Source of the DNA: Elusimicrobiota bacterium
Lineage (GTDB): Bacteria; Elusimicrobiota; Elusimicrobia; UBA1565
NCBI GenBank assembly: GCA_043827405.1
Contig: JBDRPD010000054.1
Coordinates: 32,001-96,000 of the forward strand
Reading direction: 5' to 3'
DNA: 64,000 nucleotides
Of the stretch, positions 29,016 to 38,371 are shown in pieces (the first letter of the stretch is position 1; the number at the start of each line of letters is the position of its first letter). The position numbers and the translations under genes are program-made. The notes below the pieces were generated by a model. It made no database searches and was not told the origin of the DNA. It was given only the letters and a program-made list of their open reading frames with translations.

Positions 29016-29573
29016 TCAGGTTCGATCCGGTTCATGCCGTGGCTGGAATCCGATTCGTTTCCGGGGCTTCTCGGGTATAGACATGAGTTGGCGTATCGAT
29101 TCGAATACAGCTCTGATCTCTTTCGCAATCTCCCCCAATTTGACGTCATGTCCGCCCAAACGGTGTTCGATTTTTGCCAGCCGTCTGGCAAGGTGTTTGT
29201 TTGCGGTCAGAACCTCCCTCAGCTCTACGAATACACGGATGATCGTGATGTTTACCTGGATAGCTTGAGGGCTGTTGAGGACGCTTGATAGCATGGCGAC
29301 CCCTTGCTCCGTGAATACAAAGGGCGGGTATTTCGCGTGAGCGCCGCGGCTCTTTAAGGTGCCAATCTGGCACCATAAAGCATCGGACTCCGTCTTGGTT
29401 AACTCGAACATGAAGTCGGGCGGAAACCGGGTGATGTTTCTTCGGACTTGCCGTTTGAGTTGCCTTACCTCGACTCCATAAAGTCGGGCAAGGTCGCTAT
29501 CCAACATGACTTTTCTCCCACGGATGAAATAGATCAACTCGGCGATCTGGGCAGCGGAGATGATAAGTGTCAT
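29016..29573 (-). CDS. ORF6N domain DNA-binding protein, second copy
   Basis: IRGRKVMLDSDLARLYGV, RFPPDFMFEL, FTEQGVAMLSSVLNS, KRIGF. Confidence 0.92.
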   Translation of the reverse strand: MTLIISAAQIAELIYFIRGRKVMLDSDLARLYGVEVRQLKRQVRRNITRFPPDFMFELTKTESDALWCQIGTLKSRGAHAKYPPFVFTEQGVAMLSSVLNSPQAIQVNITIIRVFVELREVLTANKHLARRLAKIEHRLGGHDVKLGEIAKEIRAVFESIRQLMSIPEKPRKRIGFQPRHEPDRT

Positions 29574-29690
29574 GTGTTGCCCGGTGTCTGTGTAGCGCCT
29601 CGGTCCGACGCGGACGGTGCAGGTTTTGGATGGCAGCGCCCCATACCCATATATACGAATGAGAGAGCGGTTTGGTTCCCAAGAAAGAGA

Positions 29691-29710
29691 AGCCCTCCAG
29701 TAGGAGGGCT
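29691..29710 (-). terminator. Intrinsic terminator following the tRNA-like fragment
   Basis: AGCCCTCC-AGTA-GGAGGGCT stem followed on the minus strand by TCTCTTTCTT. Confidence 0.6.
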
Positions 29711-29740
29711 GGACCAATAAGCTCCGGTTCGTTTGGGAAG

Positions 29741-29764
29741 TGGCTGGCCGACTGGGATTCGAAC
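29741..29764 (-). other. 3' fragment of a tRNA (Gln-like), probable att-site remnant
   Basis: Minus strand GTTCGAATCCCAGTCGGCCAGCCA = T-loop, T-stem 3' arm, acceptor 3' arm and CCA; no 5' half present. Confidence 0.75.
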
Positions 29765-29802
29765 TCGTTACCCGGCGTCCGCCTCGCCCATGGTCCCCGC
29801 CT

Positions 29803-29818
29803 CTTGACTTGAGTCAAG
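29803..29818. promoter_or_regulatory. Crp/Fnr (HcpR-type) binding palindrome
   Basis: CTTGAC-TTGA-GTCAAG, about 60 bp upstream of the ferredoxin-like gene. Confidence 0.7.
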
Positions 29819-29875
29819 GCGAATCTCCCGTCCACAAGTGATAATAATGGTAGAACCGATTTACCGGAGGGCGTC

Positions 29876-30622
29876 ATGGCGAAACTAGCGAGCAGAAAGA
29901 TCGTCCATATCGATGCGGAGAAGTGCGACGGCTGCGGCGCCTGCATTCCCAACTGCGCCGAGGGCGCAATCGAGATCATCAACGGTAAAGCGAAGCTGCT
30001 GGCTGAGAATTTGTGCGACGGCCTCGGCGCCTGCCTCGGTACCTGCCCGCAGGATGCGATCAGGGTCGAAGAGCGTCCGGCCGAGGACTTCAACGAAGAA
30101 GCGGTTGAGAAGCGGCTTAAGGAGATCGAGCGGAAGAAAGTTGCCAAGAAGAAGCCCGCCGCGTCGCCCTGCGGCTGTCCCGGCTCGGCGATGAAGATGT
30201 TCAACAAGGGACCAAACCCCTTCGCATCTTCCGCCAAGCCCGCGTCCGGCGGCCAGTCGCAGCTGCGGCATTGGCCGGTCCAGCTCATGCTGCTGCCCGA
30301 GGGCGGCCCGATCTGGGACGGCGCCGACGTTCTGCTCGCCGCCGACTGCGTGCCGTTCGCCCTGCCGGACTTCCAGAGCCGCCTGTTGGCCGGGAAATCC
30401 TTGGCCGTGGCCTGCCCCAAGCTCGACAATACGGAGTTCTACGTGGAGAAGCTGGCCCGCATCTTCGAGGCCAACGACATAAAGTCTTGGACCATTGCCC
30501 GCATGATGGTGCCCTGCTGCGGCGGCCTCGAGCAGATCACCCAGCTGGCTATGGAAAAGGCGGGCAAGGAGATACCCGTTAAGGTCGTGGTCGTCAGCCC
30601 GGACGGGCAGATACTGCAGTAG
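29876..30622 (+). CDS. 4Fe-4S dicluster ferredoxin-like protein of the type often linked to hcp
   Basis: CDGCGACIPNC, CDGLGACLGTCP, GCPGS, WPVQL, ADC, CPKLD, VPCC; GGAGG RBS. Confidence 0.88.
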   Translation: MAKLASRKIVHIDAEKCDGCGACIPNCAEGAIEIINGKAKLLAENLCDGLGACLGTCPQDAIRVEERPAEDFNEEAVEKRLKEIERKKVAKKKPAASPCGCPGSAMKMFNKGPNPFASSAKPASGGQSQLRHWPVQLMLLPEGGPIWDGADVLLAADCVPFALPDFQSRLLAGKSLAVACPKLDNTEFYVEKLARIFEANDIKSWTIARMMVPCCGGLEQITQLAMEKAGKEIPVKVVVVSPDGQILQ

Positions 30623-30666
30623 ATGTCGTTGACAGCCTAGGCGCAGTGCGCTTTAATCTTATACAG

Positions 30667-30927
30667 ATGAAGCGTATCCTTTCCGCGCTGCTTTGCGTAC
30701 TGTTTCTCTCCACGCTGGCAACCCATGCTTGGGCGCACTCCAGTGACGAAGCCCCGGCGTGCAGGGTCTGCCACGTTCTCGACTCCGCTCAGCTCAACGG
30801 CGACGGCAATGTTGATCTCCTGCAGCAGGTCGTAGAGCCTGCTTTATTTCAGGTTACCGACGCGGCGGAGACGGACGCCGCCGGCCGGCGCCGCTCCATT
30901 CGCGCCCCTCCTTCCCCGCAGTCCTAG
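30667..30927 (+). CDS. DUF2946-like exported leader peptide with CxxCH and RAPP motifs
   Basis: Signal-like N-terminus, HAWAH, CRVCH, C-terminal SIRAPP; TTGACA and TAATCT promoter-like hexamers upstream. Confidence 0.75.
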   Translation: MKRILSALLCVLFLSTLATHAWAHSSDEAPACRVCHVLDSAQLNGDGNVDLLQQVVEPALFQVTDAAETDAAGRRRSIRAPPSPQS

Positions 30928-31004
30928 TCCTTCGCGCCCACCGAGTTATTTGCCGCCGAGCTTGCGGCGGCCGGCAGTTCGATAGAGACCTTTAGGGTAT
31001 TGAT

Positions 31005-32120
31005 ATGAGAACAATACGACCATTTGTGATATGCGCGCTGTTGTCGGCGGCATATACTTTCGCGCAAGCGCAGACGGAATTAAGCGTTCCGGGAGCGCTG
31101 CAAGCGTCCAACCGCATGAACCCTAATGTCAGCGTCATCGGCTGGCTGCAAGGGGAGACCGGCCGCCGCGCCCCAAATTTCGCCGGCGCGGATACGGCCG
31201 CTTTCCAGTTCAAGGAAGCGGAGCTGACTTTTCAGTCCGTCGTCGATCCCTACGGCAAGGCGGACATATTCATCGGCCTTCACGGAGAGGGGGGGATCGA
31301 GCTCGAAGAGGGCGTGCTCGAATGGTTCCGCATGCCCTTCGACCTGGCGTTGAAGGCGGGAAAGTTCCGGCCCGATATCGGACGGTTCAACCGCATTCAT
31401 CCCCCCGAGACCGCGTTCGCGGACCGGCCGCTGGTGCATGAGCAGTTTTTCGGAGAGGAGGGGCTTTCCAGCCCGGGCGCCGGTCTGTCTTGGCAAATCC
31501 CCAATCCCTGGCTGTTTCTGGACCTCAGCGCCCAGGCCGTCAATATCCCGGAGGCGGCGGAGGTCCCGGCGTTCGATAAGGCGCGCAAAGGCGACATCCT
31601 TTATGTCTCCCGGCTGAGCGGCTACTACGACCTGACGGACGCCGCCAACGTCGCTTTGGGCGGCAGTTTCGCGCATGGCGCGGCGGGGCAGGAGTTCATG
31701 GCCGTGACGAACTCCAGCCGGACGCTGCGCAGCGATATGGGCGGTCTCGACCTCCTCCTGCGTTGGAAGAACCCGCGGCGGGCGGTCTACCGTTCCGCTT
31801 TGTGGCAGACGGAAGTCTTCTGGTCCAAGCGCGACGCGGTAAGCGACAGTTCGCTGGGGAGCTGGGGGATGTTCACCCACCTGGAATATCAGTTCGCACG
31901 CCGCTGGCGGGCCGGGGCGCGCTACGACTATGCTCAGGTGCCGACCGACGGCTCACTGCATGAGGCGGGCGGGCTGGCTTACCTCACCTTCACCCCGAGC
32001 GAGTACAGCCGGATCAGCATACAGGGGCGCCGGGCACGGCGCACTGACGGAGTCAAGGAGACCTTGGGCTGGCTGAAGGTCACTTTCAATATCGGCCCGC
32101 ACGGCGCCCATCCTTTCTGA
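31005..32120 (+). CDS. Putative metal-uptake outer-membrane beta-barrel protein
   Basis: Signal peptide, NPNVSVIG, EAEL...VDPY, GRFNRIH, C-terminal GPHGAHPF; precedes a metal-binding protein. Confidence 0.75.
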   Translation: MRTIRPFVICALLSAAYTFAQAQTELSVPGALQASNRMNPNVSVIGWLQGETGRRAPNFAGADTAAFQFKEAELTFQSVVDPYGKADIFIGLHGEGGIELEEGVLEWFRMPFDLALKAGKFRPDIGRFNRIHPPETAFADRPLVHEQFFGEEGLSSPGAGLSWQIPNPWLFLDLSAQAVNIPEAAEVPAFDKARKGDILYVSRLSGYYDLTDAANVALGGSFAHGAAGQEFMAVTNSSRTLRSDMGGLDLLLRWKNPRRAVYRSALWQTEVFWSKRDAVSDSSLGSWGMFTHLEYQFARRWRAGARYDYAQVPTDGSLHEAGGLAYLTFTPSEYSRISIQGRRARRTDGVKETLGWLKVTFNIGPHGAHPF

Positions 32121-32133
32121 ACGTAAGGAGATT

Positions 32134-33051
32134 ATGATGAAAACCATTACCGCAGCTGTTCTGTTGAGTTTACTGGCGTCGCCAGCATCCGCGAAGCTTC
32201 GGGTCGTCGCTACCACCCAGGACCTGGCCGCGATCGCCCGCGAGATCGGCGGCGAGCACGTCGAGGTCGAAGCCATCGCCAAAGGCTATCAGGATCCCCA
32301 TTTCGTGGCGGCGAAGCCCAGCTACCTGCTCAAGCTCAAGCGCGCCGACCTGTTTATTCAGGTCGGACGGGAACTGGAGGTCTCCTGGGCGCCGCCGCTG
32401 CTGCTGAGCGCGCGCAACCGGAAAATACTGCCGGGAGGCGCCGGCTACCTCGACGCGTCGGCCGGCTGTGATGTGCTGGAAGCGGGCGCCGCCGCGGACC
32501 GCTCACAGGGCGACGTGCATCCATCGGGCAATCCGCATTACTGGCTTGATCCTGCGAATGGGCGGATTATCGCCGGGAATATCGCCGAGAAACTGTCCCT
32601 GCTGGCGCCGGAGAGCGCCGGCGATTTTAGGCGAAATCTCAAAAGTTTTGAGGCGGCTCTCGCGAGCAAAGAAAAATCCTGGGAGGCGTTGACGGCGGGA
32701 TTTGTGGGAACCAAGGTGGTTACGTATCACAACTCTTGGCCGAACTTCATGCGGCGCTTCAAATTTAAGGTCATCAACTATGTGGAGCCGAAACCGGGAA
32801 TTCCGGCTTCTCCCGCGCATGTGCGGGCGCTGATCGAGCAGATTCGCCGCGAACAGGTGCCGTTGCTGATCATGGAGCCGTATTTCGACGACAAGTTGGC
32901 GCGGAAGATCGCCGCGGAGACCGGCATCCGCATTGTGGTGCTGCCGCCTTCCGTCGGGGCGGTACCGGAGGTTCGCACGTACTTTGATCTGTTCGATCAT
33001 GACTTGAAGCTATTGGCCGAAGCGCTCAAGCCCGGCGGGAGACGTCCATGA
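32134..33051 (+). CDS. Zn/Mn ABC transporter substrate-binding protein (ZnuA/TroA family)
   Basis: VVATT, QDPHF, GNPHYWLDP, VTYH motifs. Confidence 0.93.
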   Translation: MMKTITAAVLLSLLASPASAKLRVVATTQDLAAIAREIGGEHVEVEAIAKGYQDPHFVAAKPSYLLKLKRADLFIQVGRELEVSWAPPLLLSARNRKILPGGAGYLDASAGCDVLEAGAAADRSQGDVHPSGNPHYWLDPANGRIIAGNIAEKLSLLAPESAGDFRRNLKSFEAALASKEKSWEALTAGFVGTKVVTYHNSWPNFMRRFKFKVINYVEPKPGIPASPAHVRALIEQIRREQVPLLIMEPYFDDKLARKIAAETGIRIVVLPPSVGAVPEVRTYFDLFDHDLKLLAEALKPGGRRP

Positions 33052-33866
33052 TGGAGATCGCATCGCTTTTCTTGTGGCCGTTTTTGGCCGTATTGGCCAT
33101 CACCGCTATTCATGCCTATCTGGGGCTGCATGTGGTGGAGCGGGATGTGATCTTCGTTGATCTCTCGCTGGCGCAGGTCGCCGCTCTGGGCGCCGCGGTA
33201 GCCGTCCTTATGGGGATGGACCTGCACGGGGGCGGAGCCTATATGTTCTCTTTAGGCTTCGCGCTTTTGGGCGCCGTATTTTTTTCGCTGACCCGGACGC
33301 AGGAGGGCAAGGTGCCGCAGGAGGCGGTTATCGGGATCGTCTACGCGGTGAGCGCCGCGGCCGCCGTGATGATAATGGACCGCCTGCCGGAAGGGGCGGA
33401 GCACCTTAAGCACATCATGGTGGGCAATCTCCTCGCGGTCTCCCCCGCGGACGTGGTCAAGATGGCTCTGCTCTACATCGCGATCGGAGCGGTCCATTGG
33501 ATATGGAGAAGGCCGCTGCTGCTGATATCGACCGATCCGGCGGAAGCGAGACGACGGGGACTGAAAATATGGTTGTGGGATTTTTTGTTCTACGGGACGT
33601 TCGGTGTGGTCGTGACCGTCTCGGTGCCGATCGCCGGCGTATTGCTGGTTTTCAGCTACTTGATAGTGCCGTCGGTGGCCGCGCTGCTGTTTACGGACAA
33701 AGTCGGCGGACGGCTGGCGATCGGCTGGGGAATGAGCGCCGGAGTCAGCCTGCTGGGATTGGCCGCTTCGTATTGGCTGGATGCTCCCACCGGCGCTACC
33801 ATTGTCTGCGTGTTCGGGGCGATGCTCGCTTGCGCCGCCGCGGCCAGACGGATATTCGCCGGCTAG
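33048..33866 (+). CDS. Zn/Mn ABC transporter permease (ZnuB/ABC-3 family)
   Basis: DLSLAQVAALG, EAVIGIVY, GVLLVFSYLIVP, PTGATIV; multiple TM helices. Confidence 0.92.
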   Translation: MMEIASLFLWPFLAVLAITAIHAYLGLHVVERDVIFVDLSLAQVAALGAAVAVLMGMDLHGGGAYMFSLGFALLGAVFFSLTRTQEGKVPQEAVIGIVYAVSAAAAVMIMDRLPEGAEHLKHIMVGNLLAVSPADVVKMALLYIAIGAVHWIWRRPLLLISTDPAEARRRGLKIWLWDFLFYGTFGVVVTVSVPIAGVLLVFSYLIVPSVAALLFTDKVGGRLAIGWGMSAGVSLLGLAASYWLDAPTGATIVCVFGAMLACAAAARRIFAG

Positions 33867-33869
33867 TCT

Positions 33870-34370
33870 CTAGACGATTTTCTTGTACTTCTCCGGCGGC
33901 AGCTTGCAGATCGGGCAGCGGTCTTCCGGCTGGCCGATATGGATATGGCCGCAGACCGGGCACAGGTAGACCTCGTCGCCCGTCATATCCTTGCCGCCTT
34001 CCAGGGCGTCCGCCGCCTGCTGATAAAGATCGGCGTGGACCTCTTCCGCCTGCAGCGCCAGGTTAAACATGCGCATGGCGCGGTGGCCGTCCTTGTCCGC
34101 CTGCTCGAGCATCGGGGGATACATCTCCTTGTACTCGTAGGTCTCGCCCTGGACCGCGTCCTTGAGGTTGTCGAGGGTCGAGCCGACGCCTCCCATGGCG
34201 TCGAAATGGCCGAGGGCATGAATGGTTTCCGCTTCCGCCGCGGCGCGAAACAGCCGCGCGATCTGCGGGTGCCCGTCCTTGTCCGCTTTGCGGGCATAGG
34301 CGGTGTACTTGCGGTTGGCCTGGCTCTCACCGGCAAAAGCGGTCTTAAGGTTCTCTTCGGTCGTCGACAT
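33870..34370 (-). CDS. rbr: Rubrerythrin
   Basis: AFAGESQANRKY, AETIHA, GETYEY, EEVH, rubredoxin-like CPVCG...CPIC. Confidence 0.95.
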   Translation of the reverse strand: MSTTEENLKTAFAGESQANRKYTAYARKADKDGHPQIARLFRAAAEAETIHALGHFDAMGGVGSTLDNLKDAVQGETYEYKEMYPPMLEQADKDGHRAMRMFNLALQAEEVHADLYQQAADALEGGKDMTGDEVYLCPVCGHIHIGQPEDRCPICKLPPEKYKKIV

Positions 34371-34381
34371 GAATGTTTCTC

Positions 34382-36097
34382 CTAATTCTTCTTCTTTTTC
34401 GGCGGCGGCTCCGGCTTTTTCCAGGCGCCCTTGAGTTGGACGGTGCGGTTGAAAACCAGCTTATCGGGGCCGCTGTCCGGATCGACGCAGAAATAGCCCA
34501 TGCGCTCGAACTGACAGCGGTAGCCGGGCTCGGCGTCTTTGAGGCTCGGCTCAACGTAGCCGTCGCTTACCGTGAGCGACGCCGGATTGATGTGTTTCTG
34601 CCAGTCGGCGGCGGCTTCCGGATCTTCCTCAAGAAACAGGTGATCGTAGAGGCGCACCTCGCACTTTAGGGCGTGCCGGATCGAGACCCAATGCAGCGTG
34701 CCTTTAACCCGGCGCCCATCCGGGGAGCCGCCGCCGCGCGATTGCGGGTCGTAGGTGCAGCGGAGCTCCGTCACCTCACCCTTGCCGTCCTTGATGACTT
34801 CAGTGCAGGTGATGAAGTAGGCGCAGCGCAGGCGTACCTCGCGCCCGGGCGCCAGGCGGAAAAACTTGCGCGGCGGGTCCTCCATGAAATCGTCGCGCTC
34901 GATATAGAGCTCGCGCGAGAAGGGGACTTCGCGTTTGCCGGCGCTCTCGTCCTCGGGGTTGTTGGCCGCCGCGAACTCCTCGGTTTTGTCCTCGGGGTAG
35001 TTGGTGATCACGACCTTGAGCGGCTTGAGCACGCCCATAACCCGGGGCGCGGTCTTGTTGAGGTGCTCCCGCAGGTGATGTTCGAGGAGCGTATGCTCTA
35101 CCGTGCGGTCGCGCTTGGTGATGCCGATATCCTTCATGAAGGCGCGGATGCCTTCAGGCGAGTAGCCGCGGCGGCGCAGGCCGCGCACCGTCGGCATGCG
35201 GGGGTCGTCCCAGCCCTGGACGCCGCCGCTTTCCACCAGCTCGCGCAGCTTGCGCTTGCTCATTACCACATGCGTCATGTCCATGCGTCCGTATTCGAGC
35301 TGCCGGGGGTGGTAGGCTTCCAGCTGGTCGAGGAACCAGTCGTAGAGCGGACGGTGGTTCTCGAAGCCGACGTCGCACAGGGAGTGGGTGATCTTTTCGA
35401 TCGAGTCGCTCTGCCCATGCGCCCAGTCGTAAGAGGGGTAGATGCACCACGTATCTCCGGTGCGGTGATGCTGCGCCCGCAGTATGCGATACATCACCGG
35501 ATCGCGCATGTTCAGGTTGGGATGGGCCATGTCGATCTTGGCCCGCAAAGTGCGGCTGCCGTCCGGAAACTCCCCGGCGCGCATGCGCTTGAAAAGATCC
35601 AGGTTCTCTTCGCCGCTCCGGCCGCGCGACGGCGAGTCCTTTCCGGGCGGGGTTACGCGCCGGCCGTCCTCTTCCACGACCGCGGTGCCGCGGTACTCGC
35701 GGATGGCTTGCTCGTCGAGGTCGCAGACGTAGGCCTTGCCCTGCCGGATAAGCTCGACCGCCCAGTCATGCAGCTGCTCGAAGTAGTCGGAGGCGTAGAA
35801 TAGACGGTCTTCCCAGTCGAAGCCCAGCCAGCGGATGTCCTCCCGGATCGCCTCGACAAACTCCGTTTTTTCCTTGGCCGGATTGGTGTCGTCGAAGCGC
35901 AGGTTGCACTTGCCGTCGTAGTCCGCCGCGGTGCCGAAGTTGATGCCCATCACCATGGCGTGGCCGATGTGCATGTAGCCGTTGGGCTCCGGAGGGAAGC
36001 GCGTATGCACGCGCCCATCGAACCGACCGGAATCGTTGTCGGCGTCGATATGCTCGTGGATGAAGTCCGTCGGCTTTTCTTTAGCGCTGTCGGGCAT
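34382..36097 (-). CDS. glnS: Glutamine--tRNA ligase
   Basis: [49 protein letters not shown]. Confidence 0.96.
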   Translation of the reverse strand: MPDSAKEKPTDFIHEHIDADNDSGRFDGRVHTRFPPEPNGYMHIGHAMVMGINFGTAADYDGKCNLRFDDTNPAKEKTEFVEAIREDIRWLGFDWEDRLFYASDYFEQLHDWAVELIRQGKAYVCDLDEQAIREYRGTAVVEEDGRRVTPPGKDSPSRGRSGEENLDLFKRMRAGEFPDGSRTLRAKIDMAHPNLNMRDPVMYRILRAQHHRTGDTWCIYPSYDWAHGQSDSIEKITHSLCDVGFENHRPLYDWFLDQLEAYHPRQLEYGRMDMTHVVMSKRKLRELVESGGVQGWDDPRMPTVRGLRRRGYSPEGIRAFMKDIGITKRDRTVEHTLLEHHLREHLNKTAPRVMGVLKPLKVVITNYPEDKTEEFAAANNPEDESAGKREVPFSRELYIERDDFMEDPPRKFFRLAPGREVRLRCAYFITCTEVIKDGKGEVTELRCTYDPQSRGGGSPDGRRVKGTLHWVSIRHALKCEVRLYDHLFLEEDPEAAADWQKHINPASLTVSDGYVEPSLKDAEPGYRCQFERMGYFCVDPDSGPDKLVFNRTVQLKGAWKKPEPPPKKKKN

Positions 36098-36111
36098 TAA
36101 AGCGGGAAGGA

Positions 36112-36627
36112 TCAGGCGCCTCCCTTGCTCGCCATGAAGCCCTTGGGCGGAGCGCCGGCTTCCGCCGCGCCGCCGGCGATCTTGGCCAGATACGAGTTGC
36201 CCAGCTCCTTAATGTGGTTGAGCACGTCGTCGAAGTAGTTGAGGTGCTCCTGCTCTTCTTTGATGATCTGCTCGAAGAGCTTGGCGCTGATGCTGTCGTT
36301 GTTCTTTAGGCAGATATTCATGTACTTGTTGTAGCTGACGAGGGCGCCCTGCTCCTCTTTGGAGTCGTGGGCGAGGGCCTGACGGATATCCTGGCCTTTC
36401 TTCGCCGGCTTGTCGGGCGTGGTGGTGGGCATGCCGCCCAGCTCATAGATGCGCTCGGCGAACATTTCGGCATGGCGCATCTCGTCGATGGCGATCAGCT
36501 TGATATTGGCCGCGACCTCGCCGTAGTCGTTGTCGGCCAGCCTGTAGTGCTGGGCCATGTACTGCAAAATCGCGCCGAGCTCGTCCGCGCGAGCCTTGTT
36601 GAGAACGTCGATGACTGCTTTATTCAT
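36112..36627 (-). CDS. bfr: Bacterioferritin
   Basis: [17 protein letters not shown] with heme-ligand Met, EEQEH ferroxidase ligands; AGGAGG RBS. Confidence 0.88.
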   Translation of the reverse strand: MNKAVIDVLNKARADELGAILQYMAQHYRLADNDYGEVAANIKLIAIDEMRHAEMFAERIYELGGMPTTTPDKPAKKGQDIRQALAHDSKEEQGALVSYNKYMNICLKNNDSISAKLFEQIIKEEQEHLNYFDDVLNHIKELGNSYLAKIAGGAAEAGAPPKGFMASKGGA

Positions 36628-36737
36628 AATGTCCCTCCTGGCGGGGAATCCTGCTGCCCGGTGATTCTAGCGTTTTCCGGCGTCAATGCGAAAGCCCTCC
36701 GGGATTGCTATTATGGGGCCGATATAGGGGGGTATTT

Positions 36738-38366
36738 ATGGCGACCAAGACCAAGCAGGCGGCTTTTCATTATCAGGATCCCTTTCCGCTGGGGCCCGAC
36801 AAGACCAAGTACCGGCTTTTAAGCAAGCGCCATGTGCGCACCGCGAAATTTCAGGGCAAGGACGTCCTGGTCGTCGAGCCCGAGGCCCTGACTATGCTGG
36901 CCCGCGAGGCGATGAAGGATATTTCATTCTTCCTGCGGCCCGCCCATCAGCAGAAGGTGGCGGCGATACTCAAGGATCCTAAAGCATCCAAGAACGACAA
37001 GTCCATCGCCCTGGCCATGCTGCGCAATTCGGTAATCGCGGCCAAGGGCGTGCTCCCGACTTGCCAGGATACCGGGACCGCTACCGTCGTGGCCAAGAAG
37101 GGCCAGCAGGTCTGGACCGGCGCCGACGATGCCGAGAGCCTGTCGAAGGGCATCTGGAAGACCTATACCGGCGAGAACCTGCGCTATTCCCAGGTTGCGC
37201 CGCTGACCCTTTATGAGGAAAAAAACACCGGCTGCAACCTGCCGGCGCAGATCGATATTTATGCGACCAAGGGCATGGAGTACAAGCTGCTGTTCGTGGC
37301 CAAAGGGGGCGGCTCCGGCAACAAGACGACGCTGTTCCAGCAAACCAAGGCCCTGCTCAACCCGGCGTCCTTGAAGAAGTTCCTGACCGAGAAAATGAAA
37401 ACCTTGGGCACGGCCGCCTGTCCGCCCTATCACCTGGCCTTCGTGGTCGGCGGTACCTCGGCCGAGACCTGCCTTAAGGTCGTCAAGCTGGCTTCGGCCG
37501 GCTACCTGGACAATCTGCCGACCAAGGGCAATCAGCACGGCCAGGCCTTCCGCGACCTTAAGCTTGAAAAGGAGCTTCTTGAGGCAGCGTACAATATCGG
37601 CTACGGCGCGCAGTTCGGCGGCAAGTATTTCGCGCATGATGTGCGCGTCATCCGCCTGCCGCGTCACGGCGCCTCCTGCCCGGTCGGCATGGGCGTCTCC
37701 TGCTCGGCGGACCGGAATATCCTGGCCAAGATCAACAAGAAGGGAATCTGGCTCGAAGAGATGGAGCGCCATCCGGAGAAACTCATTCCCAAGGAGTTCC
37801 TGAATGCGGTCGAGGAGGGCGTGATCAGAGTGGACCTCAACCGGCCGATGAAGGAGGTCTTGGCCGTGCTGAGCAAGCATAAGGTCACGACGCGCCTCGC
37901 GCTGACCGGCCGGCTGGTGGTGGCGCGCGACATCGCGCATGCCAAGCTCAAGGAGCGTCTGGACGCGGGCCAGGGGCTGCCGCGGTACTTTAAAGATCAT
38001 CCGGTCTACTATGCGGGTCCGGCCAAGAAGCCCGCGGACAAGCCGTCGGGTTCCTTCGGTCCCACCACCTCGGGCCGCATGGATACCTATGTGGACCTGT
38101 TCCAGTCGAAGGGAGCGTCCATGGTTATGCTGGGGAAGGGCAACCGCACCCAGCAGGTGACCGATGCCTGTAAAAAGCATGGCGGGTTCTATCTCGGATC
38201 CGCCGGCGGCGTGGCGGCGCTGTTCGCCGAGAACTGCATCAAGAACGTCGAGGTTATTGATTACCCGGAGCTCGGCATGGAGGCGGTATGGGCGATCGAC
38301 GTCGTCGATTTCCCGGCCGCGATCCTGGTCGACGACAAGGGCAACGACTTCTTCCAGCAGATCTAG
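36738..38366 (+). CDS. Fumarate hydratase class I (Fe-S)
   Basis: [46 protein letters not shown]. Confidence 0.96.
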   Translation: MATKTKQAAFHYQDPFPLGPDKTKYRLLSKRHVRTAKFQGKDVLVVEPEALTMLAREAMKDISFFLRPAHQQKVAAILKDPKASKNDKSIALAMLRNSVIAAKGVLPTCQDTGTATVVAKKGQQVWTGADDAESLSKGIWKTYTGENLRYSQVAPLTLYEEKNTGCNLPAQIDIYATKGMEYKLLFVAKGGGSGNKTTLFQQTKALLNPASLKKFLTEKMKTLGTAACPPYHLAFVVGGTSAETCLKVVKLASAGYLDNLPTKGNQHGQAFRDLKLEKELLEAAYNIGYGAQFGGKYFAHDVRVIRLPRHGASCPVGMGVSCSADRNILAKINKKGIWLEEMERHPEKLIPKEFLNAVEEGVIRVDLNRPMKEVLAVLSKHKVTTRLALTGRLVVARDIAHAKLKERLDAGQGLPRYFKDHPVYYAGPAKKPADKPSGSFGPTTSGRMDTYVDLFQSKGASMVMLGKGNRTQQVTDACKKHGGFYLGSAGGVAALFAENCIKNVEVIDYPELGMEAVWAIDVVDFPAAILVDDKGNDFFQQI

Positions 38367-38371
38367 CGGTG

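Noticed and set aside
28253..29573. Prophage
   Set aside because: ORF6N domains are phage-associated, but there are no structural, replication or integrase genes.
27366..29764. CRISPR array or classical integron
   Set aside because: The repeats are degenerate and irregularly spaced, there are no cas or intI genes, and no attC-style RYYYAAC/GTTRRRY inverted structure was seen.
29690..29820. Complete tRNA gene
   Set aside because: Only the T-loop to CCA is present. The 5' T-stem arm does not pair, and there is no D arm, anticodon arm or 5' acceptor strand.
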